From: Bacilli bacterium | Lineage (GTDB): Bacteria > Bacillota_I > Bacilli_A > RFN20 > CAG-826 | Direction of reading: 5' to 3' | Length of the DNA: 44,281 nt | Assembly (NCBI GenBank): GCA_045615605.1 | Contig: JAZLFE010000065.1 | Coordinates: 1 to 44,281 of the forward strand | Position numbers and translations under genes: made by a program | In this document: positions 27,608-37,932 of the stretch, in pieces | Layout: the number at the start of each line of letters is the position of its first letter | How positions within the stretch are numbered: the first letter of the stretch is position 1 | Notes under the pieces: model-generated | What the model saw: the letters and a program-made list of their open reading frames with translations, nothing else | Databases searched by the model: none | Told to the model about the DNA's origin: nothing

Positions 27608-29155
27608 TTATTCTCCTTTCTTCATATCCATAAGGGCGTATCTAGCCTGTTCAACACCACTTAAATAGGTTTGGCTATATCCATCCATTTGCGTTCCTGC
27701 AGAACCACAAAATCTTAAGTGTTTAATAGTATGATCTACTTTATGACCAGATTGAACACGCGCGAACATACCATCCCAAGTATGTGGGATATATCCATAT
27801 ACGTTGCCGTATGGAGAACCAATATATCTTGCCCATGTAACTGGAGTAGCAACAACGACTTCTTCAATATGATCACGAATATTAACTTTTAATTCTTTTT
27901 CAAATTGTTCAATCGCTTCTTCTGCTAATTTATCTTTCATTTTAAAGTAATCTTTAACCTTTATATCTTTAAAGACATCACCAACATAGAATTTAGAGAA
28001 TTGTAATAAGCAGGTTCCCTTTGGTGAACAATCAGGAATCGCTGCATTAAGAATTGTAAAGCAATTCTCTTTATGCGTCTTAAGTGAATTAGAACTATTA
28101 AATTGACGACGGTTATTACCAGTAGTTCTAAGGAAGGTATCGTAACCTTTAAGTCCTAATTCTTCCATGCTCTTATCAAGAGCAAAGTACATGGTTAAAC
28201 AAGGTTGCGCCATGGTTCTAGCGTTCATAGCTTTTCTTTCTCTAACAGGAACTTCTTTCTTATCCATCATCTTCTTAAAGACGGTATCAGGATGGATGTT
28301 AGAGATGACATAATCAGCGCTGATATAGGTATCATCATCAAGAACTACTCCATAGCATTTATTACCAACAACATCGAAATATTTAACTGGCGAACAATAC
28401 CAAATATCGCCTCCATATTTTCTAATCGCAGCGTCAAATGCTAAAGAAATTTCATGACTTCTATCATGACAAATATAAGGTTTACGATATAAGTAGTTAT
28501 AAGTCATAAAAGAGTATACCGCGAAAGACATCGAATCACTTGGAGTGCCGATATAATCCCAATAAGATTCAATGATTTCTCTTGCCATATCTGGCATTCC
28601 AATTCTTCTTAACATCGTATCAGTATCCACTGGTACTAATTTCATTAAATCTTTCCATTGTAAGAGCATTTTAACTTTCGCTAAAGCGCCTGGTTCATTA
28701 TGATATTTTGCTAACCATTCAACGCCATCCGCGAACATTCTTCCAAATTCTAAGAAGGTTTCTACTGATGCTCTACATCCTGGAACAATCTTCTCCATTT
28801 CATCAGTAAAGGCTTTAACTCCTACTGGCATTGAAACATAGAAACTCTTATTACTTTCTAAACTAATTGAACAGAAGGCCTCATCAACAGGTACCCATTT
28901 AACTTTAAGTCCGTAATCATCTAATAATCTACGTACTTGTCCTGCAGTTTCTCCTTCTCCCATTTGGCACATTTCATGTAAAGTAGCTTCAAATTCAAAG
29001 CGACCTCTTCTAAAGCTAGTTGAACAACCACCAGGTAAGTTATGTTTTTCAAGTAATAATACTTTTTTACCTAACTTAGATAAATAAGTAGCTGCACTTA
29101 AACCGCCGTTACCCGCACCAACGATAACGACATCATAATGTAAATGTTCTTTCAT
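27608..29155 (-). CDS. NAD(P)/FAD-dependent oxidoreductase of the phytoene-desaturase (CrtI) / retinol-saturase-like family
   Basis: 515 aa with N-terminus [42 protein letters not shown] (dinucleotide fold plus the GG motif typical of COG1233 proteins). GAGG RBS. Confidence 0.8.
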   Translation of the reverse strand: MKEHLHYDVVIVGAGNGGLSAATYLSKLGKKVLLLEKHNLPGGCSTSFRRGRFEFEATLHEMCQMGEGETAGQVRRLLDDYGLKVKWVPVDEAFCSISLESNKSFYVSMPVGVKAFTDEMEKIVPGCRASVETFLEFGRMFADGVEWLAKYHNEPGALAKVKMLLQWKDLMKLVPVDTDTMLRRIGMPDMAREIIESYWDYIGTPSDSMSFAVYSFMTYNYLYRKPYICHDRSHEISLAFDAAIRKYGGDIWYCSPVKYFDVVGNKCYGVVLDDDTYISADYVISNIHPDTVFKKMMDKKEVPVRERKAMNARTMAQPCLTMYFALDKSMEELGLKGYDTFLRTTGNNRRQFNSSNSLKTHKENCFTILNAAIPDCSPKGTCLLQFSKFYVGDVFKDIKVKDYFKMKDKLAEEAIEQFEKELKVNIRDHIEEVVVATPVTWARYIGSPYGNVYGYIPHTWDGMFARVQSGHKVDHTIKHLRFCGSAGTQMDGYSQTYLSGVEQARYALMDMKKGE

Positions 29156-29239
29156 GGAATTACCTCTTTAATATATTAATTAAAGCACATTTTATTGAAT
29201 ATAGGTAAAAATATCATTATAATTAACTCGCTTAATTGT

Positions 29240-29330
29240 GGAGGATTACCCAAGTGGCTGAAGGGGCGGGCTTGGAAAGCTCGTAGGCTCTTAACCGGGC
29301 GCTAGGGTTCAAATCCCTAATCCTCCGCCA
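29240..29330 (+). tRNA. tRNA-Ser (anticodon GGA), long variable arm, CCA encoded
   Basis: GGAGGATTACCCAAGTGGCTGAAGGGGCGGGCTTGGAAAGCTCG...TAGGGTTCAAATCCCTAATCCTCCGCCA. It has anticodon stem CGGGC/GCTCG, loop TTGGAAA and T-arm TAGGG/CCCTA. Confidence 0.93.
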
Positions 29331-29340
29331 ATTAGATATT

Positions 29341-29363
29341 AAAGAGCATTATGCTCTTTTTTT
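29341..29363 (+). terminator. Hairpin terminator shared by tRNA-Ser and the convergent yitT-like gene
   Basis: aaagagca-tta-tgctcttt followed by a T run. It overlaps the stop of the minus-strand gene. Confidence 0.6.
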
Positions 29364-30435
29364 ATTTAACTTTTGGTCGAGCAAAGCGACCATAAACTTG
29401 TTTAACACTAGTAACATTAATAAAACTATTAGGATCACATTCTCTTGCCGTCTTCACAACATTCATCGTCTCAAAAGTAGATACAATAATATAAATAACA
29501 ATATATTCTTCTCCTGAGAACGCACCTTTACAATGCATAATAGTCGCTCCATGAGGAGTGCTACTAAGAATTAACTTAGCCAATTTCTCATTCTTAGTAA
29601 TAATTTCAATTTGTTCTTTCTTATTATTACGAGTAATAATATCAATTACAATTGAAGATACTAAAGAGAAAATCATTACAAAGAAGATAATAATAAATCC
29701 ATTCGCGATGGCTGCTCCATGATTAATAGGATTAACTCCATATATTTGAGAGAAAGTATTTAATACTGCGAATAAGATAACTACAAATGTATTAATAATC
29801 ATAATATAACGACCAACATTATTAGATTTTCTCATAGAGAAATAATAAGATAATGTATCCGCGCCTCCGCTAGATGCGCCACAGGAAAACGCTAGCGCGC
29901 TTGCTGCACCTGAGAATACGCCAGCTAAAAAAGCGCGCGCAAGTAATCCTGCTTGTAAATAATAAGTAGGATTATTACTAGGCATAGGAATAACGCATGC
30001 TACTTGAGTTGCTAATTCATCAACAAAAGGAATGTTAACGTAAATAGTCATAATTGAAGTAGCGATAATATTTAACGTAGTAAAGATAGCGAATCTAAAC
30101 CCTATTTTCTTAAACGCTAATATGATAATTGGTAAGTTAAATATCGCATAAGAAATAGAATAAGTAATAGTCATTATTTCTTGTGAATCGCTTCGTAATC
30201 CCATTAAAACTGCAAGAGATACAGTTCTTGCTAGTCCAGCAGTACCTCCTGAAATAAGTGTTAAAGAATTAGCAACATTAGGAGATTGAAACATTTTAAA
30301 TGTTAATGCAAATAAAAGCGCTGAAACCATAGTTAGTAAAAATGAATTAAGGTATTCAGTAAAGATTTTAGTTTTATTATGCTTAGATAAATAAGTACGG
30401 TATTGATTACGCCAATTTGCTATTAACTTAGACAT
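29362..30435 (-). CDS. YitT-family membrane protein with a C-terminal DUF2179 domain
   Basis: 357 aa, polytopic N-terminal part, and a soluble C-terminal approximately 80 aa (HGATIMHCKGAFSGEE...VTSVKQVYGRF) typical of YitT/DUF2179. Confidence 0.75.
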   Translation of the reverse strand: MSKLIANWRNQYRTYLSKHNKTKIFTEYLNSFLLTMVSALLFALTFKMFQSPNVANSLTLISGGTAGLARTVSLAVLMGLRSDSQEIMTITYSISYAIFNLPIIILAFKKIGFRFAIFTTLNIIATSIMTIYVNIPFVDELATQVACVIPMPSNNPTYYLQAGLLARAFLAGVFSGAASALAFSCGASSGGADTLSYYFSMRKSNNVGRYIMIINTFVVILFAVLNTFSQIYGVNPINHGAAIANGFIIIFFVMIFSLVSSIVIDIITRNNKKEQIEIITKNEKLAKLILSSTPHGATIMHCKGAFSGEEYIVIYIIVSTFETMNVVKTARECDPNSFINVTSVKQVYGRFARPKVK

Positions 30436-30587
30436 AAAATTATCGACACTATTCTAATATAAGTTTAAAATAATACAACTAAATTTCATTTTATTAGTTT
30501 TATAACTAATCAAGCCTAATGAAATATATTTGCAAAACTAGTTAAGGTGGGATATTATATTGCGGTATATATTTTTACAAAATATTT

Positions 30588-31400
30588 ATGAACATTTTAA
30601 AAACAATTGGTAGCGTATTCGTTAAAATCTGGCGTTGGATTAAAAACACTGCGTGGGTTCAACCACTTTTGATTGTTGGCACTATCTTTGGTGTTATCTT
30701 TGCTATTCCTTCAATATCGAACGGAATCCAAAGTTTAATTAACGGCGCAAATAGCGCGGATGCTTTTTATCATAATTTCCAAAAGAGTATGGAAGGAGAT
30801 AAGAATAGCGCTGCCGATAAATTCTTAAATAATTACAAAGAAAAAGAAGAGCAAGAAGAAGAGTATACTCTTCCTACTGATGAACAAAAATATTTCTTAT
30901 TGTTTACTTCTGCTAATAACTCATCTACTAAAGATATTAAAGAAGGATTTGAAGCATTACGTGATAACTGGGGAGGAGATTTCGCTCCAACAGTATCAAG
31001 CGAAAGTTTTAAATTATTCACTATCTATACTGATGAAGAAACTAGCACCACCACTCCTAATGAAAGTGCGTTCTCTAAATTCTTAAATAGACATCTTTCA
31101 TTCTTTGAAAAGGCTAGTGAAGTTGGATTAAACTATAGTGCCTATACTCTTAATGGTAAAGTGAGCAAAGACGATTTAGAAAATCTTGCATGTCCCGATC
31201 CATCTAATTTTAAAGTTCCTACTTTAATGTTAGTTGACTGGAACAATAGGGAAGAAATATACGAAGGCGAACCTAATCAAAACGGTGGCATTAAACAAGT
31301 CTTCTTCGATGTCCCTGGTGATAACAGTGTTGCGAAAGCAAAACTCTTATATCAATGCTGGAATAATAAAGGCGATTTCTCTCATCGCACTGATGACTAA
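30588..31400 (+). CDS. Membrane-anchored protein of unknown function
   Basis: 270 aa with one N-terminal TM helix (WVQPLLIVGTIFGVIFAIP) and an acidic linker. A TTGCAA-17-TATTAT promoter lies upstream. No family recognised. Confidence 0.6.
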   Translation: MNILKTIGSVFVKIWRWIKNTAWVQPLLIVGTIFGVIFAIPSISNGIQSLINGANSADAFYHNFQKSMEGDKNSAADKFLNNYKEKEEQEEEYTLPTDEQKYFLLFTSANNSSTKDIKEGFEALRDNWGGDFAPTVSSESFKLFTIYTDEETSTTTPNESAFSKFLNRHLSFFEKASEVGLNYSAYTLNGKVSKDDLENLACPDPSNFKVPTLMLVDWNNREEIYEGEPNQNGGIKQVFFDVPGDNSVAKAKLLYQCWNNKGDFSHRTDD

Positions 31401-31867
31401 AGATATTTAATTATTTTACTAGAAACATAAGGAGAAAGGTCTTCTCCTTTTTTCTTTAAATCTTTGACTTTACTAGAGGAGATATCTTTTACTGATTTAT
31501 CAGCTTTATAAATAATTGTAGTAATATCGTTATTTAATTTATGATTAATAATCTTCATATTATTTTCGTATTCAAAATCTTTAGCGTTTCTCAGTCCACG
31601 AATCAAATATTTTATATTATGCTTCTTTGCATAATTAACCGTTAACCCTATAGTAGAATCAACTTTAATACCTCTAATACCTTTAGTAGATAATTTAATA
31701 AATTTAATTCTATCTTTTAACGAATAAGTAGGCTTTTTGTTTTCATTAACCGCAACTAAGATAGTAATCTTATTAAAACGTTTAAGTGCTTTCTTAATAA
31801 TATTAATATGCCCTAATGTAATAGGATCAAATGTGCCGGCGAATATTGCTTCTTTATTTATTTCCAT
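31397..31867 (-). CDS. coaD: Phosphopantetheine adenylyltransferase
   Basis: 156 aa with AIFAGTFDPITLGHINII (the HxGH-type nucleotidyltransferase motif). Confidence 0.92.
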   Translation of the reverse strand: MEINKEAIFAGTFDPITLGHINIIKKALKRFNKITILVAVNENKKPTYSLKDRIKFIKLSTKGIRGIKVDSTIGLTVNYAKKHNIKYLIRGLRNAKDFEYENNMKIINHKLNNDITTIIYKADKSVKDISSSKVKDLKKKGEDLSPYVSSKIIKYL

Positions 31868-32388
31868 AATATCGTTACGTATGTCTTACCGTATTTATAT
31901 TCTTTAATCTTCTTATAATTGTCTTTAATGCTTACTTTACTTTCACTTTCAATAACGATAACCGCATCTTCTTTAAGTATAAAAGTAGCCTCATCAATAA
32001 ATTTTTGATAATCGTTCATTCTATATGGAGGATCTAAAAATAGAATATCAATTTTGATATTATGATTAATTAAATCTTTAAGAGCGTCGATATAATTACA
32101 AGAATATATCTTCGCATTTTCTATTTTTAGATTCTTAATATTTTCTCTAATCGTTTTAACCGCTAAAAAGTCATTATCAACTAAATACCCATAACTAGCG
32201 TCTCGACTAATTGCTTCAATCGCGAACGCTCCTGAACCCGCAAATAAATCTAAAACTACACTATTAGGAATTTTAAAAGATATAGCACTAAAAATAGCTT
32301 CTCTTACCATATCTTTAGTAGGACGAGTAGCGTCTCCTTTAGGCATCGTTAATTCGCGATGACGATATTTACCACCAACGACTCTCAT
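31858..32388 (-). CDS. rsmD: 16S rRNA (guanine966-N2)-methyltransferase
   Basis: 176 aa with LDLFAGSGAFAIEA and LDPPY motifs. It overlaps coaD, as is usual for the rsmD-coaD pair. Confidence 0.88.
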   Translation of the reverse strand: MRVVGGKYRHRELTMPKGDATRPTKDMVREAIFSAISFKIPNSVVLDLFAGSGAFAIEAISRDASYGYLVDNDFLAVKTIRENIKNLKIENAKIYSCNYIDALKDLINHNIKIDILFLDPPYRMNDYQKFIDEATFILKEDAVIVIESESKVSIKDNYKKIKEYKYGKTYVTILWK

Positions 32389-32411
32389 AAACTAAAAATA
32401 TTATACATCTT

Positions 32412-32978
32412 TTGTGCTATATTATTTACGTGGAAATTTTAAAAATAGTAAAAGATAATAATTCATTATTAAGAAAGAAAAGTATAGAAGTAAACATGCC
32501 TTTATCTAAAGAAGATAAGGACACGCTTTTATCAATGCTAAACTATTTAAAGAATTCTCAAGATGAGAAATATCGAGAAGAACATAAAGAAGTTAGAGAA
32601 GGAATAGGACTTGCTGCGCCACAAATCGGAATGCTTAAAAGAATGTTAGTAATTCATTTCTTTGATGGAGAAGAAGAGATTACTCATGCTTTAGTAAATC
32701 CTGTTATTATCTCTAATAGCGTTCGTAAATGTGTATTAAGTAGTGGCGAGGGATGTTTAAGTGTAGATAAACATCATGAAGGTTATGTATATCGCGATTA
32801 TAAGATAAAAGTAAAAGCTTATGATGCAATAAAAGAGAAAGAAGAAATAATTACTGCTGTAGGAATTGAATCTATCGTGTTACAACACGAAATTGATCAT
32901 CTAAACGGAATTTTATATTACGACCGTATTAACAAAATGAATCCTAATTTTGTCCCCGACGACTTTATTAAAATTTAA
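32412..32978 (+). CDS. def: Peptide deformylase
   Basis: All three motifs GIGLAAPQIG, EGCLS and HEIDH are present. The track start is a TTG. GTG at 32430 (MEILKIVKDNNSLLRKKS) is an equally plausible true start. Confidence 0.9.
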   Translation: MCYIIYVEILKIVKDNNSLLRKKSIEVNMPLSKEDKDTLLSMLNYLKNSQDEKYREEHKEVREGIGLAAPQIGMLKRMLVIHFFDGEEEITHALVNPVIISNSVRKCVLSSGEGCLSVDKHHEGYVYRDYKIKVKAYDAIKEKEEIITAVGIESIVLQHEIDHLNGILYYDRINKMNPNFVPDDFIKI

Positions 32979-33089
32979 TTTTGTTTGCAATAAAATATAA
33001 ATTAAATACAATAATACTTAACTTACTAGTGCCGCACTAGTTAGATCATCATTCATGTTAAATAAATATTTTTATTTGTGAGGTTTATT

Positions 33090-34754
33090 ATGGAAAATTT
33101 AAATAACGGAATTAAAGTGTACGCTCTTGGAGGCTTAGGAGAAGTTGGTAAAAATACTTATTGTTTAGAAAGCGACCAATCAATTTTAATGATAGATGCA
33201 GGAGTTAAATTTCCTGAGGCTAATCTCCCAGGTGTTGATTATGTAATACCAGATTACACTCATTTAAAACTTAATCAACATAAGATAAAAGCATTAATTA
33301 TTACTCATGGTCATGAAGACCATATTGGAGGAATCCCTTTCTTAATCCAAATGGTAAGAATTCCTATAATTTATGCCCCTAAACTTGCAGCGGAATTAAT
33401 TCGTCATAAGTTAGATATGATGAGAGTAAAAGAACCCGTAAATATCATTGAATATAATTCTAATTCCCATTTCAAAATTAATGGTGATGAAATGAAAATA
33501 TCTTTCTTTAGAGTAACTCATTCTATACCAGATGCTTTTGGTATTGTAATAGATACTAAAGAAGGGAGAATCGCTACTACCGGTGACTTTAAAATCGATT
33601 TAACTCCTGTAGGAGAAGATATTGAATTAAAGAAAATTGCGCACTTCGGAGAAGAAGGAGTGGACTTATTATTAAGCGACTCCACTAACGCTGAAATTGA
33701 AGGATATACTCCTAGTGAAAAAAATGTCTACCAATCCATTAATGATGTATTTAGAAAGGCTCCAGGTAGAGTAATAGTATCTACCTTCTCTAGTAACATA
33801 TCACGTATCCAACAAGTTGCTATTGCCGCATATCAACATAATCGTAAAATAGCCATCGTTGGTCGTTCAATGGAATTTGCGATTCAAGTATCACGTAAAT
33901 ATGGATATATTAAAATACCAGATACTTCATTAATTAATGTAGAGAACATTAATAATTTTAAAACACATGAAATATGTCTAATTTGTACTGGCTCTCAAGG
34001 CGAGGTTAACGCTGCTCTTAGTAAAATCGCTCGTGGAGAACATAAAAATGTTCATATAATTCCCGGTGATACAGTAGTATTCTCTTCTTCTCCAATTCCA
34101 GGTAACGCCGAATCAATTGAAAGAGTAATAAACGCTTTATCTAAATCAGGAGCGAATATCCTTACTAACGGAGTGTTCTCTTTACATAGTTCTGGTCACC
34201 CAAGTAGACAAGAATTAAGATTAATGCTTAAGTTATTTTCTCCTAAATTCTTTATGCCAAGTCATGGAGAATATCGTATGCTTAAACTTCACGCTGGTAT
34301 AGCAGAGGCGACTGGAGTAAAGAAAGAAAATATCTTTATCTTGGATAATGGTGAATCTATTCAATTAAAGAACCATATCGTTACAAGAAGTCAAAATGTT
34401 CCCGCAGATGATATTTATATCGATGGATATAACATCAACGGAATACACGCTAATATCATAAAAGAAAGAAAAATATTAAAAGAAGAGGGTCTAGTAATTA
34501 TCTCTTGTTTTATTGATTTAAAAGACCATAAGATACTTAAAAAACCAAAGATTTCATATCGTGGATTTGTTATAGATAACGAAGATAAGTTTAGAACTAT
34601 GATAGAAAACGCTGTTTATGAAGAAGTAAGATTATCGCTCCGAGACCCAATTGAAAACATTAAACAAAAGATGCGTCACACTACTCGAAATTCAATTCAT
34701 CAATTCACTGATCGTGATCCTTTAGTAATACCAGTTTTATTGACTAAGAATTAA
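33090..34754 (+). CDS. rnj: Ribonuclease J
   Basis: Metallo-beta-lactamase motif THGHEDHIGG plus beta-CASP and C-terminal domains. ATG 33090 (MENLNNGIKVYALGG) is preceded by GTGAGG, so the track GTG at 33078 is probably the RBS region. Confidence 0.93.
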   Translation: MENLNNGIKVYALGGLGEVGKNTYCLESDQSILMIDAGVKFPEANLPGVDYVIPDYTHLKLNQHKIKALIITHGHEDHIGGIPFLIQMVRIPIIYAPKLAAELIRHKLDMMRVKEPVNIIEYNSNSHFKINGDEMKISFFRVTHSIPDAFGIVIDTKEGRIATTGDFKIDLTPVGEDIELKKIAHFGEEGVDLLLSDSTNAEIEGYTPSEKNVYQSINDVFRKAPGRVIVSTFSSNISRIQQVAIAAYQHNRKIAIVGRSMEFAIQVSRKYGYIKIPDTSLINVENINNFKTHEICLICTGSQGEVNAALSKIARGEHKNVHIIPGDTVVFSSSPIPGNAESIERVINALSKSGANILTNGVFSLHSSGHPSRQELRLMLKLFSPKFFMPSHGEYRMLKLHAGIAEATGVKKENIFILDNGESIQLKNHIVTRSQNVPADDIYIDGYNINGIHANIIKERKILKEEGLVIISCFIDLKDHKILKKPKISYRGFVIDNEDKFRTMIENAVYEEVRLSLRDPIENIKQKMRHTTRNSIHQFTDRDPLVIPVLLTKN

Positions 34755-34755
34755 T

Positions 34756-35292
34756 ATGTTTATCCTTGCTTCATCTTCTCCTAGAAGAAAAGAATTAGTG
34801 AAGAAAATCACTAAATCTTTTAAAGTGGTTAAACCTAATATAGATGAAAGAATTTATAAATTTTCTCCCTCTACTTATGCTTTAGAATTATCTAAATTAA
34901 AAGCTTATGAAGTTTATTCTAGATATCCTAACGATGACGTTTTAGCATGCGACACTATTGTATTATTAAATAATAAAATTATTAATAAACCAAAAGACGA
35001 TAAAGAAGCTATAAAGATATTAAAACTATTATCTAATAAAACGCATTTAGTGATATCAGGTTATACCTACATAAATAAAGAAAGAGAGATAAACCGCCAA
35101 GTAGTGACAGAAGTAACATTTAATAGATTAAATGATAATTTAATTAATAAATACGTTAAACAAGGATACGCGAAAGGTAAAGCTGGAGCGTACGGTATAC
35201 AAGATCCATTTAACTTGGTTAAAAAAATAGAAGGAAGTTACGACAATGTCGTAGGCCTTCCAACTGAAGATATAAATAAATTTATAAAATAA
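34756..35292 (+). CDS. maf: Maf-family nucleoside triphosphate pyrophosphatase
   Basis: 178 aa with ILASSSPRRKEL and GKAGAYGIQ motifs. Confidence 0.9.
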   Translation: MFILASSSPRRKELVKKITKSFKVVKPNIDERIYKFSPSTYALELSKLKAYEVYSRYPNDDVLACDTIVLLNNKIINKPKDDKEAIKILKLLSNKTHLVISGYTYINKEREINRQVVTEVTFNRLNDNLINKYVKQGYAKGKAGAYGIQDPFNLVKKIEGSYDNVVGLPTEDINKFIK

Positions 35293-35718
35293 TTATTTTT
35301 TTATCTCGTATTTATTCTCACAAGTTTTATAAGTCGAACAAACTTTACAATTACTAAAGGCGTATTCTCTCGCACGAGGAATAAAACTAGTAATATCATA
35401 TTCGTTATATCCTACTTGCATCTCATTATCGTTAACGATAATCGGACGATGTAAGACAGTAGGATTTTTTAATATAAAATCAATTATTTCACTAACCTTC
35501 ATCTTATCTAAATTAATTTTATTTTCTTTAATAATCTTACTTCTCATTGAAATAATATCTTCCGTGCCATTCTCACTTTTAGTGAGTAGATAAAGTAGAT
35601 CACCGTAATTTAAATCTTTAAATATATTTATTTCTTGAAAGGGTATTTTTCTACGTTTAAAAAACGCTTTCGTCTTTCGACAACTAGAACAAGATGGAGA
35701 AACGTAAATTTTAATCAT
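35293..35718 (-). CDS. spx: Spx/ArsC-family redox-sensing transcriptional regulator with a Cys-rich C-terminal tail
   Basis: MIKIYVSPSCSSCRKTKAFFKRRKIPFQEINIF...ISMRSK...HRPIIV...QVGYNE is collinear with Bacillus Spx, including the CxxC motif. The tail is NCKVCSTYKTCENKY. Confidence 0.85.
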   Translation of the reverse strand: MIKIYVSPSCSSCRKTKAFFKRRKIPFQEINIFKDLNYGDLLYLLTKSENGTEDIISMRSKIIKENKINLDKMKVSEIIDFILKNPTVLHRPIIVNDNEMQVGYNEYDITSFIPRAREYAFSNCKVCSTYKTCENKYEIKK

Positions 35719-35788
35719 AAATTCATTTTTAATTATATCTCTTTTTATTTTATAAAAAAGTTATATGATATTTATTAGGAGCTAATTT

Positions 35789-37885
35789 ATGAAAATAACT
35801 GATTTGTTAACTGCAAAAACAATTGTTTTAAACGCGAAAGCAAAATCAAAAGAAGAAATTATTAAAAAAGCAGTCGCTACGATTAATAATAGCGGTGCTA
35901 TTAAGAATATTGATGAATATTCTAAATTAGTATTTCTTCGTGAAAAGAAATCTACCACTGGTGTTGGTGAAGGAATCGCTATTCCTCACGCTAAAGGAGA
36001 TTGTGTTAAAAAACCTGCCCTTGCTGCACTTGTGATTAAAGATGGCGTTGATTATGAAGCACTAGACGGAGAGAAAGTTCAATTATTATTCTTAATTGCT
36101 GCTCCTAATACTGAAAGTAATGTTCACTTAGATGTTTTAGCAAGATTATCTAATTTATTAATGCATCCTGAATTTAAAGACAATTTAATAAAAGCTAAAA
36201 CTAATAAAGAATTTATTAAGATTATTAACGATGCTGAAAACGAAAAAATAACCGCAGAGAACGCTAAAGGTGATAATACCCACGCAACTGTTTTAGGTGT
36301 TACCGCATGCCCTACTGGTATTGCTCATACCTATATGGCTGCTGAAGCGTTAGAGAAAACCGCTAAGGAAATGGGAGTACCAATTAAAGTAGAAACTAAT
36401 GGTACTGGTGGTATTAAAAATAAACTTACTGAAGAAGATATTAAACACGCAGTCGGTATTATTGTTGCCTGCGACGTTAATGTTCCTATGGAAAGATTTA
36501 ATGGTAAAAAGATATTACAATGCGGTGTTGCTAAAGCAATCCATAAACCAAAAGAATTGATTAATGAATCGCAAAGAACTGATTTACCTGTCTACTTTCA
36601 TAGTGGAGATAACAGCGCTGAAACAAAAGATAAAGACGATAAAAAAGGTGTATTCCACACTATCTACAAACACTTAATGACTGGTATCTCTCACATGGTT
36701 CCAGTTGTTGTAGCTGGTGGTATTATCTTAGCGCTAAGCTTCTTTATTGATTCATGCTGTGGATTTACTAAGAACTTAGGTACTAACAACCCATTCGCTA
36801 ATATACTTAATCAAATCGGTAAATTTGGATTAGGCACTGTAATGCTTCCTGTATTAGCAGGATTTATTGCCTATTCAATTGCAGGTCGTGCTGGTTTAGC
36901 TGCTGGTATGATTGGTGGTTTGTGTGCCTCTAAAGGTCAGTTCTCTTTGCTATACATTATTCTAGAAAGATTATATGGAAGCGATTATGATCTAGCTCAA
37001 ATGTTAGCTCAATCTGCTGCAGGATTCTTAGGTGCAATTGCTGCAGGATTTATTGCTGGCTACGCCGTTTTATTCTTGCAACGTAAGGCATTCGCAAAAA
37101 TGCCTAAGGCAATGTTTGGTGTTAAATCTGTCTTCTTAGAGCCAATTTGCAGTGTTCTAATGACTGGCTTAGCGATGGTATTAGTCAATGTTCCTATAGC
37201 TTTTATTAATATCGGTATTAATAAAGGATTATTACTTCTTAATGATCCTAAATTAATGTATATCTTAGCATTTATAGTCGCTGCATTAATGGCAACCGAT
37301 ATGGGTGGTCCAATTAACAAAGCATCACATTACTTCTGTTATTTCTTATTAGAACAATATGTATTTAAAGACGCCGATCCAGCTTTACGTAATTTAGCAT
37401 TAGTTATAAATGCTGCTCACGTTGTTGGTATCATGGTCCCTCCAATCGCATGTGCTGCATGTGTTGCGTTATTCCCACAAAAATTTAAGAAAGGCGATAG
37501 ACAAACAGCAATCGCTGATGCTTTAACCGGATTCTGCGGAATTACTGAAGGTGCAATTCCTTACGTTGCTAAAGATCCATTACGTGTTATTGTATCAACT
37601 ATGGTTGGTGCTGGTGTAGGCGGAGTTGTCTCTTGCTTAGGCGGTTTAGGATGTATGTCTGCTGAAGGTGGTATCTTCGCGATGATTATTGGTTCTGGTA
37701 ATAAGAGCGAAATGGTCAAATGTTTATGGGGTCTATTAGGTGTTCTTGTCGGTGTTATCATTGCTGCTATTATCATGGGTCTATTAAAGAAAGATGTTGA
37801 TCCTACTGAAGCAGCGCTTGGTAAATGGAAAGGACTTTCGTTTAAGAAAATATTCCATAAAAAATCTGCTGCTAAAGCAAAATAA
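35789..37885 (+). CDS. fruA: PTS fructose-family transporter, fused IIA-IIB-IIC
   Basis: 698 aa with IIA(Fru/Mtl-type) GIAIPHAK, IIB TACPTGIAHTYMAAEAL and a polytopic IIC part. AGGAG RBS. Confidence 0.9.
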   Translation: MKITDLLTAKTIVLNAKAKSKEEIIKKAVATINNSGAIKNIDEYSKLVFLREKKSTTGVGEGIAIPHAKGDCVKKPALAALVIKDGVDYEALDGEKVQLLFLIAAPNTESNVHLDVLARLSNLLMHPEFKDNLIKAKTNKEFIKIINDAENEKITAENAKGDNTHATVLGVTACPTGIAHTYMAAEALEKTAKEMGVPIKVETNGTGGIKNKLTEEDIKHAVGIIVACDVNVPMERFNGKKILQCGVAKAIHKPKELINESQRTDLPVYFHSGDNSAETKDKDDKKGVFHTIYKHLMTGISHMVPVVVAGGIILALSFFIDSCCGFTKNLGTNNPFANILNQIGKFGLGTVMLPVLAGFIAYSIAGRAGLAAGMIGGLCASKGQFSLLYIILERLYGSDYDLAQMLAQSAAGFLGAIAAGFIAGYAVLFLQRKAFAKMPKAMFGVKSVFLEPICSVLMTGLAMVLVNVPIAFINIGINKGLLLLNDPKLMYILAFIVAALMATDMGGPINKASHYFCYFLLEQYVFKDADPALRNLALVINAAHVVGIMVPPIACAACVALFPQKFKKGDRQTAIADALTGFCGITEGAIPYVAKDPLRVIVSTMVGAGVGGVVSCLGGLGCMSAEGGIFAMIIGSGNKSEMVKCLWGLLGVLVGVIIAAIIMGLLKKDVDPTEAALGKWKGLSFKKIFHKKSAAKAK

Positions 37886-37932
37886 TAAACAAAATTTAAT
37901 TTTATTTCCTATAATATTTAACGAGGTTAAGT

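Noticed and set aside
33022-33044. A hairpin (actagtg-ccg-cactagt, 7 bp plus 2 more after a mismatch) between def and rnj.
   Set aside because: No U-tract follows it, so it is not called a terminator. It could be an mRNA processing or stability element in the rnj leader, but nothing in the sequence supports a specific role.
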